From contig BQFW01000004.1 in assembly GCA_020891255.1 (NCBI GenBank), positions 2,046,001 through 2,110,000 of the forward strand: DNA of 64,000 nucleotides, read 5' to 3'. Below are positions 11,996 through 21,234 of the stretch, piece after piece. Positions within the stretch are counted from its first letter, which is position 1, and every line of letters starts with the position of its first letter. The notes under the pieces were generated by a model that made no database searches, was not told the DNA's origin, and saw only the letters and a list, made by a program, of their open reading frames with translations. The translations under genes and the position numbers were made by a program. Origin of the DNA: Entomortierella parvispora E1425 (lineage: Eukaryota; Fungi; Mortierellomycota).

Positions 11996-14900
11996 CTACA
12001 GGTCCTGGCAGAGTTCCCAGGCCTTCTCGGCATCACTCTTCTTGACAGCAAGAGCGGCCTTGATCGACGTCTTTGCTTGACCTTCTTCCTCGCCACCGCT
12101 ACCACATCCAGAGTCCGAGCCTTCTGATCCATCCTCCCAAGCACCATAGGCAACGCGTCCAATATCAATCAAGAAGCGCAACGCAGGGTCGAAATCCACC
12201 GTGGGGCGACGAGCCTGATTCCGGTCCAAAGAAGAGCGAGTGGAGGTAGTTGCCATCTGCATCATGGCCAACATGGTCGTGGACTCGTCATCGAGCTGAC
12301 GACGGAGATGAACCGTCAATGGCAAAAGAGTCGTTCGGATATGATCCAAAATCTCGGACTGGGACATGTCCTCATCGCCATTCTCCTCAGAACCATCGGT
12401 GCTGCGGATCAAACTGCTCAAGACCTCAACGCCACGCCAGAGTCCGATACGTGCTTTGATCTCGACAAAGCCAGTGAGGTTCATGGCAAAGTGGGCCACG
12501 CTCAACAGCGCCTTCTCGTTCATGTCCTCTTCCTCGGAAGTGGTCATGGACGAACGGATGGGCGCGGTAGGAACCCTGGAACCGATTGCGCGTCTGCGTT
12601 CATTCAAAAGTGCCCAGGCCTTCTCACCACATCGGACGCTTGGGCCAGCCATGCCTCTTCGCAGGTAAGCGTATTCAAGCAAAGAGTAGACAATCACTTG
12701 GTCATAGTACTGGAAGCTGGCCTCAACCTCCTCCGCACGAGAACGAGTAGAGGACGAACGACCTGGTCGAGCGGTAAGATGGTGACGAGGGTGCATAGCC
12801 ATGACCTGGCTCATCAAACGATCTCCCAATGTAGCAGATTCCTCGTCCTTGGCCAGCCAGAGTTCTGAAATCTTACCCACAAGGGCATACCAATGATGAC
12901 GGGTTCCTGGCATGGTGGTCCTGACCACGTCGTCGAATTTGGCCACGCGGTTCACATCCTGAGAGGAGTCCTTTCCATGGGCAGTTCCATTCAAGCGAGA
13001 CATGCAGTTCACATAAGCATCCTGCAAGACACTCACGCTCTGCGTTTGAGCCACAACAAGGGTGGGTGCCATGGTCTGGTAGAGAACAGCAGCCGTCTGA
13101 GGGTATTCATCACGACCAAACATGATGCTCTCGATTTCAAGAACACTTCTGTTCCAGGCAGTGCTTCCAACCTCGACCTGAAGCATGCTCTCTAACCAAC
13201 GATCCTGACCAGTGCCTGAGATCTTGGCCGTGTACCGAGCCGATTCCAAAAACTGCTGAGCCACTAAAGTTGCAAGAGGCTTGGCAGCCCTACCGATCGA
13301 GATGTAGAAGGCCAGAGCTGCAGTAGCAGAGACGCGAGCGGGGGGCTGTCGACGAGCATTCGTGTATTCATCCAAGGTGCGGACAATGGTGTAGAGAACC
13401 ATGAATCGGCTGACAGACGAGCCAGCTCCACCAGACATTTGAGCCTCCACTACACGAGCCCAAATGTCGGGGCGGACCATATCAGTGAGATCAGGGTAGA
13501 TGCCAAGGCGGATCCAGAGACAACGCCACAATTCGAGTGAAAGCGCGATAAAGAGGCGGAAATAGGATGATGGGATGATCTTGGGCAGGAGTCCAGAGAG
13601 CGTGGTGTAAACCTGAGTAGGCGAAGCGTATTTGGACATGACGGGGAAGCGAGATTGCGCAAAGGGTCCCTGGCGGTTGTACGATGGCCACATAAGCGCC
13701 ACCAAGCAGATCATGAAGAGCATGGTCCGAAGAGCTGCCCAGGCATCCCAGGCAACCAGCCCGATAGGACCCCAGCCGCTTACGCTATCGCCAGTGATTC
13801 CTGCTGCAGTGCCGGCAGCCTGTCCAATGACTCTCGAGGATGCGCTCATTGCGCGGCCCAAACCCTGACCATCGTTCACAATAGCCTTGCGCAATCCTGA
13901 TGAACCTCCATCGGGCGAGCTGAAGAAGGTGGCGCACATGAAGACCGCCATCAGAACACGCGATCTGGGCGATGAAGAGGAGGATGAGGTTGGAGGTGGT
14001 GTTGTTGGCTCTGTATTTGAATCCTCAGAGGACGACTCTGGTGACGAGGATTCCTCTCGTACACTGGCAAGCTCCGTTTGACTTTGTTCCAACAGATCAG
14101 CACCGCCAGGAAGAGAGGTCAGAAGCCTTCTCAAGATGACATTCTCGGCCTTTGTGGAGGACTCTCGCTTTTGAAGAACAATGATGTACTCTGTCGCCTT
14201 GCGCAAGATGGTCGCCTTGTTGAGCTTGGTCGCCTTTGCGACTCCGTCTGCATCCTGAGCATCATCATCCTCATCGTCGTCTTTCTCGTCCTTGGTCTTG
14301 ATGTTGCAAAGCGCGGGAACGACATTCTTAAGATCATTGATACGATCGTTGATGTTGTTGCGGTATCGACGCTCAATGGCATTGTGGGCGACCTTCTTCT
14401 GCTGCTTTGTTGGCTGGGGTCCTTGTGAAGTTGAAGGTGCTGGCGGAGGTGTGACCAGAGCCTGTGGAGGCTTCAGCCGTGTGATGGGGATTTTCTGCTG
14501 CAATGTCTGGGGCTGACCTTGTTGCAGAGGTTGTGATGATGGCTGTTGCTGTTGTTGTTGTTGTTGCTGCTGCTGCTGTTGCGACTGACTGGATTCCAAC
14601 GTGGGCAAGACTGAAGGAGCAAACGCACTTGGGTCAAATCCAGCAGGAGGCAGGGGCATGTTGGGCGGCATGACCATCCCAGGCGCCATTTTCCAGAGCG
14701 GTTGTCCAAAGGGGAGCATTCCTGGAGAGGTTGGCTGGGAGATTCCAGGTGTCAAGGGTATTATTGGAAGGGAGTGGAAGAATCCTGCTGTCGAGGTGGC
14801 TGAGCTGGTGCCTGGGGTCGTCACGGCAGGAAGTTGCTGCGCGAGGGTCTGGGGCGAGGGTGTGTTGGATCCTGCAGAGGCCGCAGAGCTGAGGGGCATG

Positions 14901-15847
14901 TCCATGTCACTTTGATCCGATCCGTTCTTGGTCGCCTTCTTGGCTCTTGGCTTCTTGGGTGCTGAGGGTGCCGCTGTTTTTGTGGCCGCCGTCGTCTTTT
15001 TGGTCCTCTTGGTCGCTCCTGCTGTCGTTGTCTTTGTCTCTGCGTCAGTGCCGTCATCCACCGATTGACGCTTCACAGTCTTGGGGCTCGACTTTTCAGT
15101 CTTAACCTTGGCGTTAGTAGCGGAAGCATTGGCCAAAGACGCAGCCTGGGTAGACAGTAAAAGAGGGGAAAGCATGGCATCCTCGCTTGAAGAGAACGCA
15201 CCCGGAGAGTTGGGGAGCATAAGCGTATCGGACTCTGGCGAGAGCGACGAGGACATCATGTCAGGTGAGCTGAAGAATGCCCCAGAGTCCACAGGCGAGG
15301 TTGCACCAGCAAGGTTGTTCAGATTGACGCTGGCAGCAGCAGCCACATTGGCGTTGGCGCTGGCCACTGCGTTGGCATTGGCCAGGGCCCAACGGAAGGC
15401 AGCAAGCTGGGTCTGGGAGTTGAGGAGGAGCTGTTGTTGTTCCTGAAGCTGCTGTTGTTGTTGCTGTTGCTGCTGGAGCTGTTGTTGCTGGACAGCATTG
15501 GAGGCAAGGAATGACTGGAGCTGCAGTTCAAATGCAGAGAGCTGGGGCTGACTGTGTTGTTGCTGCTGCTGCTGAAGATGCTGCTGCTGTTGTTGTTGCA
15601 GGGTGAGCTGGTGAAGGAGTTGCTGTTGTTGCTGTTGCAACTGCTGTTGGTGCTGGCCTTGGCCGTTCTGTCCCTGCTGGTGCTGAAGCTGCAGCTGGTG
15701 CTGAAGGGCAGCGGCAGAGGTGGGGTCGAGGGTTGACCCGGTGGTGGTGTACTCGTCAAAGTAGGACTCGCACATAAACAAGTCCTGGAGATCACTCGAG
15801 GCTGTTGGAGGTGCCCCAAAGAGCGGGTTCCCGGCCTGGAGGAACAT
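11996..15847 (-). CDS. SRE1: SREBP-family membrane-tethered bHLH-Zip transcription factor, intronless
   Basis: KKVAHNAIERRYRNNINDRINDLKNVVP...KLNKATILRKATEYI is a bHLH with the SREBP-diagnostic Tyr (ERRY). Two hydrophobic segments (RVLMAVFMCATFF; WAALRTMLFMICLVALMW) precede a long C-terminal domain. Likely ATG at 15847 (MFLQAG). Confidence 0.88.
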   Translation of the reverse strand: MFLQAGNPLFGAPPTASSDLQDLFMCESYFDEYTTTGSTLDPTSAAALQHQLQLQHQQGQNGQGQHQQQLQQQQQQLLHQLTLQQQQQQHLQQQQQQHSQPQLSAFELQLQSFLASNAVQQQQLQQQQQQQQQLQEQQQLLLNSQTQLAAFRWALANANAVASANANVAAAASVNLNNLAGATSPVDSGAFFSSPDMMSSSLSPESDTLMLPNSPGAFSSSEDAMLSPLLLSTQAASLANASATNAKVKTEKSSPKTVKRQSVDDGTDAETKTTTAGATKRTKKTTAATKTAAPSAPKKPRAKKATKNGSDQSDMDMPLSSAASAGSNTPSPQTLAQQLPAVTTPGTSSATSTAGFFHSLPIIPLTPGISQPTSPGMLPFGQPLWKMAPGMVMPPNMPLPPAGFDPSAFAPSVLPTLESSQSQQQQQQQQQQQQQPSSQPLQQGQPQTLQQKIPITRLKPPQALVTPPPAPSTSQGPQPTKQQKKVAHNAIERRYRNNINDRINDLKNVVPALCNIKTKDEKDDDEDDDAQDADGVAKATKLNKATILRKATEYIIVLQKRESSTKAENVILRRLLTSLPGGADLLEQSQTELASVREESSSPESSSEDSNTEPTTPPPTSSSSSSPRSRVLMAVFMCATFFSSPDGGSSGLRKAIVNDGQGLGRAMSASSRVIGQAAGTAAGITGDSVSGWGPIGLVAWDAWAALRTMLFMICLVALMWPSYNRQGPFAQSRFPVMSKYASPTQVYTTLSGLLPKIIPSSYFRLFIALSLELWRCLWIRLGIYPDLTDMVRPDIWARVVEAQMSGGAGSSVSRFMVLYTIVRTLDEYTNARRQPPARVSATAALAFYISIGRAAKPLATLVAQQFLESARYTAKISGTGQDRWLESMLQVEVGSTAWNRSVLEIESIMFGRDEYPQTAAVLYQTMAPTLVVAQTQSVSVLQDAYVNCMSRLNGTAHGKDSSQDVNRVAKFDDVVRTTMPGTRHHWYALVGKISELWLAKDEESATLGDRLMSQVMAMHPRHHLTARPGRSSSTRSRAEEVEASFQYYDQVIVYSLLEYAYLRRGMAGPSVRCGEKAWALLNERRRAIGSRVPTAPIRSSMTTSEEEDMNEKALLSVAHFAMNLTGFVEIKARIGLWRGVEVLSSLIRSTDGSEENGDEDMSQSEILDHIRTTLLPLTVHLRRQLDDESTTMLAMMQMATTSTRSSLDRNQARRPTVDFDPALRFLIDIGRVAYGAWEDGSEGSDSGCGSGGEEEGQAKTSIKAALAVKKSDAEKAWELCQDL
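15430..15700 (-). repeat. CAG/CAA trinucleotide tracts encoding poly-Q in the SREBP N-terminus
   Basis: Interrupted (CAG/CAA)n runs on the minus strand; the translation contains QQQQQQ blocks. Confidence 0.9.
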
Positions 15848-16124
15848 TATGAAGAGTTGTTGGTGAGATGGACGTCTTGGCTGGCAAATCTGTAAAAGGA
15901 GAGGGAGAACAGGGAGTGAATGACTGGTTAGTCGAAGTAGTGGAGCAGGGGACAGAGCGCAAACGGGAGGGATCGTGGTGGGGGAGGGGGGGTTGCATGC
16001 GAAGGCAAAGGCGGTCTTTGACCCCACTTACAGAGTGAGAAAGAGATGGAAAGAGAGAGGGGGCAAAGGAGGAAAAGGGGGCGAGTTCAGGGCCAAGGTG
16101 CCAATGAGAAGAGACAAAGCAAGG

Positions 16125-16177
16125 GGATGGATGGATGGATGCGAGAAGGATGAATGAATGAATGAATGAATGAATGA
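16125..16177. repeat. (GGAT)n/(GAAT)n microsatellite
   Basis: ggatggatggatggat...gaatgaatgaatgaatgaatgaatgaatga, upstream of the SREBP start. Confidence 0.9.
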
Positions 16178-16557
16178 CAACAAGGAGCAAAGGTCGAAGA
16201 ACAGAAGGAAGAGAGTGAGAGAACAGAACAGTGCGACAAAAGACAAAAGTGGCTGTCAGTCAGGGGAGCAAGTGTGCAAAGAGGAAAAAAAAAAAAAGAG
16301 GTGATGTCGGCACAGCCAATCAGAGGCGAGCATGCCTCACATCTTTTTTCGGGTCCTTTTCTCTGCTTCATTTCCCTCTGTTCCCTCTGAGCTGTGGCCC
16401 ACGCGTTCGTGCCGTGCAACTGAGGCTGAAAAACACAAAACACCCCCAGGGAGAAACACGCGCCCCGGACCGGAGGAAACCTGTTTCCGTCCCCTGTCCG
16501 TGGATCTGTGTGTCTTTGCCGCTGGAGAGTTGATTGCCTGATTGTTTTTTTCGGCGT

Positions 16558-16581
16558 TGTCTGACTGTCTGACTGTCTGAC

Positions 16582-16614
<33 letters not shown>
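16558..16614. repeat. Compound (TGTCTGAC)n/(TGTC)n microsatellite
   Basis: tgtctgactgtctgactgtctgactgtctgtctgtctgtc... read directly. Confidence 0.9.
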
Positions 16615-16874
16615 CGACGCCACCGTCGTCATCTCAGGCGCGGTTCCTCCTCCGGGCTTTTTTCTCCTTTGTTCCTTCTTTTCGATTGGGATCCGATTCA
16701 CAACATGCCATATTCTCACCAGCAAATCATTCGCGCCTTTGAAAAGAATATCAGCCAGGCCTGTCGACTTTTGACAAAGCGCTGGGGGGTATATTATCGC
16801 TGTGTTTCGTCGCCTACTCAAAACTAGGATCATTATCTGACGAAATCTCGTCATGGTCATTACGACAGACCGAA

Positions 16875-17933
16875 CTACTTGCTGTTGATCTCTGCATCTG
16901 CACTGGCGTCAATTCGGAGGCGGGATAGAATGTTGAGAACACCGTCGAGCAAGGACTTGCGCTTCTCGGTGCAGGCCGTTGGGACCTCCTGGTCGTAAAA
17001 GTGGTCCAAACGGGGCTTGAGCTCGTTCTCGAGGTTGACACGAAGACTCAACACGGTGTGGGCATCTTCACTATCTTTGCATCCAGTCTTGCACACAAAC
17101 TTGTGATCGACTGATGCTGCGACATCGATACCAGCCTGAGGACCATTCTCCTTGCTGGATGACTCTTCGCAAGGCTCTGATGCTGGAACTTGAGCAGCGT
17201 CTGGTGTGGACGCCTCTGCTTCTGGGGCAGGAGCTGGGGCCTCTGGAGCTGGAGCCGGAGTATCAGGGGCAGGAGCTGGAGTCTCTGGTGCAGGGGCTTC
17301 AGTCTCTGGAGCTGGATCATCAGCAACAGGGGCAGGAGTTTCTTCAGGAGCGGGAGCAGGAACAATCTCAGTGTTGGTCATTTTCTCAGTGCAGTCCTTG
17401 GACAACGACTCGGCATTGACTGTAGCTTGGATGCGGTCCAGCACGGCCTTGGTGATGGCCATATCAAGATCAGCCATCTTCTTCTCAACCTCCTCCTCCT
17501 TGGACCAAGGGATGTCAAAGTTAGAGTCGGATGTAACAGTGGCCTTGATCACGGACTGGAGGGCTTCGGGGCTACAGGCCTTCTTGGCCTCATCAATCTG
17601 AGTCTGAATGGTGACGGTCAGCAGCTTCTTCTCCTTGGGCATGTCCTCGGTACCGCTGGTGACCTTTGCCGTCTGAATCTCGTTCATGAGGCCATCGAGA
17701 CGGGAATGAGCAATTACTGAGTAGTGGTCAGCAGAAGTCTTGACAATGAGGTCAAGAGCGACTCCATCCTGGTTGGTGCAGTCGTCGCAGCGCTTGCTGA
17801 TCAGAGGAGCCAGTGCAACGCTGATGCCTTTTCTGGTCGCGTCAATGGTGACAGGAGATTTGGTCGACAAAGGTGCGGCATTGGCCACAACAGCCAAAGC
17901 GGCCGAAATCAAGAGGATGGAAGTGAACTTCAT
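16875..17933 (-). CDS. Secreted protein of unknown function with Cys motifs and a Pro/Ala/Glu repeat linker, intronless
   Basis: MKFTSILLISAALAVVANA-APL is a typical signal peptide. A KR dibasic site precedes CDDC; there are 8 Cys; PAPETPAPAPDTPAPAPEAPAPAPE repeats; strong codon bias. Confidence 0.85.
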   Translation of the reverse strand: MKFTSILLISAALAVVANAAPLSTKSPVTIDATRKGISVALAPLISKRCDDCTNQDGVALDLIVKTSADHYSVIAHSRLDGLMNEIQTAKVTSGTEDMPKEKKLLTVTIQTQIDEAKKACSPEALQSVIKATVTSDSNFDIPWSKEEEVEKKMADLDMAITKAVLDRIQATVNAESLSKDCTEKMTNTEIVPAPAPEETPAPVADDPAPETEAPAPETPAPAPDTPAPAPEAPAPAPEAEASTPDAAQVPASEPCEESSSKENGPQAGIDVAASVDHKFVCKTGCKDSEDAHTVLSLRVNLENELKPRLDHFYDQEVPTACTEKRKSLLDGVLNILSRLRIDASADAEINSK

Positions 17934-17994
17934 GTTTGGATAATGATAGTGATGATGCAGAGATAGGAGGGGCAAACTGAGAGACTTTTTCTGG

Positions 17995-18001
17995 CTTTAT
18001 A
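17995..18001 (-). promoter_or_regulatory. Candidate TATA box (TATAAAG) for the secreted-protein gene
   Basis: ctttata on + equals TATAAAG on -, ~62 nt upstream of the ATG at 17933. Confidence 0.5.
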
Positions 18002-19474
18002 GGAGGGAGAGCTGTGTGGCAAAGAGTAGTGTCGAAGAGAAAGTGAAGATGAAATCTGTTCTATTTATCATCGTCGAGGTTGACCCTTCCTTGAACCTTG
18101 ACCTTCATCCTACCGTTAAGTAGCCGGGATAGGTTGCGCGAGTAAGGGTCGCAGGAACTCAGCGCAAGGTCATCAAGATATGGAATTCTCATTCATCTGC
18201 AGTACAACACAGGATGTGCGCGGAGCAAAGAGTCCATGTCAGTCACCCAATGGTATCCTGCCCAATGAACTCCCCTCGGCCCTGAATCGTCTTTGTGTTT
18301 GAAGTTGCCAAGAATGGAGCCCAGAGGGAGAGTCAATCGGACTCTGAGAGATGCATGGGTAATCCAGTTCTCTGCTGTTAACCAACTGGCCGGAAACAGT
18401 ATTCTTCTTTTTCCTGGGTTATCCTCCCGAGAATCAAGAAATCGGTGTTTGTTCAATCGAAGCAAGTCGAAGAGTCCATTGGAATGACTAATGAGGAAAG
18501 ACAACAAAGCAGTTTCCGTTGTCAGTATTGCATGTATTGCGGGCACGTAAAGGCGCGTTGAGGGACTTGAGACAAGGGTTTATTGTACCCCTGGTTTCAG
18601 TATAGTGGGTGGCAGTGTGTCTAATCAGGGTCAAAGGTTATATGGGATGCAAGAGAGCATCCCCTGCGCAACCGTTCTTGTGGGCTGTTGGATATCATTC
18701 CGCTGGCGGACCTCCAGGGCTAGCGTGGTGCAAGATGCCGTCTTGTCGTGCACCGTGACTTGGTGTCACTGTCAGCAGCGGCACTTCATAATAATACCGC
18801 AGATTGCTACTGTACACTGTAGTATCTTACTTGCCGCGATACGTACATATGACACCGTAATAGAACCCGCGGAAGCTCTTCTCTTTACCAGGGTTGCAGC
18901 TGTCATGCAAGGAGAGAATGGCCCATTCCTTCGACATGAATGGCGAGCTGATCACCATCAGCCCGCAATAACATTTTCAACCGCTTCAATTCTCCGTGAA
19001 GGTTGCTCTTTCTTGAGCACTTGTTCCCGTGGTTGTCAAGGATGAAATCAAATAGAGCAGATCCATCCAGAGCTCTAGTCAGAGGCCAAGAACGCACAGC
19101 CTTGTGCTTTAAAGTGCTCCCTCCAATTCATGGCTCTGCTCAGCTTTTTTAAGGTCTGGGCCTGTATCGACCCCACAGGCGGACTTGAGCAGGACCAAGA
19201 TGCTCCGTGCTGTTGGCAGTTGAACCCATTGTCCGCCTGCTTTGGATACACATGCGATTTGTCACCATTCTGCGTAAACTGTCTAAACGTTGATGTGGGT
19301 GCAGGTTGCCCAGCGAGAATACGTTAACCATTTAGGTGCTGGTTGCTGGCCCATTTTTCAACTTTTGATTTTTTTTATTGCTCTTCCTTCTCTTTTCTCC
19401 TTTCCTCATTTCTCGTCCCCCTTCGTTCTCCCTTTTTCGACGTCTTGACTCCCTCGACTTGTTCCGCTTCCACC

Positions 19475-21080
19475 ATGGACGTCCTCATCGTATCTCCCAC
19501 AATTGCCATGTCCAGCCGCCTCTCTATCTCGGAGCTGCCGCTCCATGCTGAGGTCGACTCACAGGAGAGCCATTCCGAACTGACCGGAGATATGAAGAAA
19601 CAGCACTTACCCACAAGCATGGATACCTCTCGCATCACCTCTCTGGCACTCACTGAAAAGCAGGAAACTCTAGTCTCGCGGGTGCAGGCTTCATCGCACC
19701 TCAATAATGATACGGATCCTGCAACAGGGATCACTGAGGCATTCACATCCATATCTATATCCCCTCCGACTCCAGAGGGTCAACATCCTTCTCAAGAATT
19801 GACGTTAGGGCCATCAGCGCCAACACAGCAGCTGCAGCAACAGCAGCTCTCCTTGAATCGGGAGAATGACATCGCCTCCGCAATCTCTGTTCCTTCAACT
19901 TCAGGAACCTTAGTTTCCAACCACCCAGTCCCATCGACCGCGACGTTAGCCCCAGCCCATTCCACGCTCTCCAATACTACAACAGGTCACACGATCGCCC
20001 CTACTCCGGCATGTTTTGATCGCCAATCCTTCAAGACTGTCTTTCAGGACCTCGTGAATCAAACAGAGCAGTTCGAAACCCTGAACGATCAGGTACTAGA
20101 TGCCATGACAGAGTTTGACGAAACGCGCTTGGGATTGCGACCTGCTGCACTCTCTGGGACGGGGTGGAGTTCTGATCCGGATAACCTAGAGGAAGCACGT
20201 CACCGGATAGCAAAGGCAGTAACCGATCAGGTCGTGTCCGCCTGGCCCTCGCTCTCGATGTCGGCTCCGTGGACGACAACTTCAGGCCATTCTTCAGAAA
20301 AGAATGCAGGGGAATATCAGCAACAGCAACAAGGTCAAGAAAGGGCAGCTGCAACACATGATGCCAAATTGCTTAAACAGCGTATCAAGGCTGTGAATCA
20401 GCTCAAGAACGCGACTGTGGCCTTTTGGAGCGCACAGAATCACTTTCATGAAAGAGCGCAGTTGGTTCTAGATATCTTCCAGGTAAACATACCTTTCGGA
20501 CTTTTTTTATTTTTTACTTGTTTCTCCTTCATTGGACTTGTATCTGGTTTACGATACCGTTATTCATTGCATTGCATGTACTCAAACAGACTAAATGTGT
20601 CATCGTGCAACTAAAAAAAAATGTGTAGGATCCCACTGAGCTTGAGAGGGAAGAAGGTTTACGGATCCTCAGGAGTCGTCATCTCAACAATCTACTCTCC
20701 TGCTCACCAACCCCAAATCAAATCGAGGAGCTGTCAGCAAAGTTCAAGGCAGATCAAGAAGCGCTAGAAAAGATGATGGCACCAATGCACACCGTCCTCC
20801 TCAGCATCGTGGTAGCCCTTGGAGAGACTGAAAGAGCTGTGCTGTCATCCAACAACACGGTAAATTCAGAAGACCAGGAGACAACGAGTCCGTCACTGGG
20901 GCGGAGGCTCATGCAGATGGGCCGAGTCAAACGGCAAGCATTCAAGGTAAGCAACTGCTTCAATAATAGAGGGGCTGGCTCACGGTATTATACCAATGTT
21001 CAATGGCTCTCGCGGTTGAGGCACCAAACTGAAGTCGATCTCATTCTTTCTTTTGATAGCGAATGCTCCAGAGCTGGTAA
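19475..21080 (+). CDS. Hypothetical protein (disordered N-terminus, helical C-terminal half), 3 exons
   Basis: Exons 19475-20482, 20629-20946 and 21060-21080 join in frame across GT-AG introns (IFQ|DPTELE...AFK|RMLQSW*). No family recognised. Confidence 0.7.
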
Positions 21081-21234
21081 AAAATTGCATTGCGACAATC
21101 GTAGAAAAAATAAAGCTATTTTGCCACCAATTTTTGTGACCACTTTCCTTGCTTTCCGGTTGATCGCCTTTTCGCATTGTTCAAGCATGCATGTTTCTTC
21201 ATTCACGCACTTTTCTCAGGACATCGACACAACC

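Noticed and set aside
17048-17966. Several overlapping Gly/Ala-rich ORFs on + and alternative frames
   Set aside because: Frame and antisense shadows of the PAPE repeat in the secreted protein.
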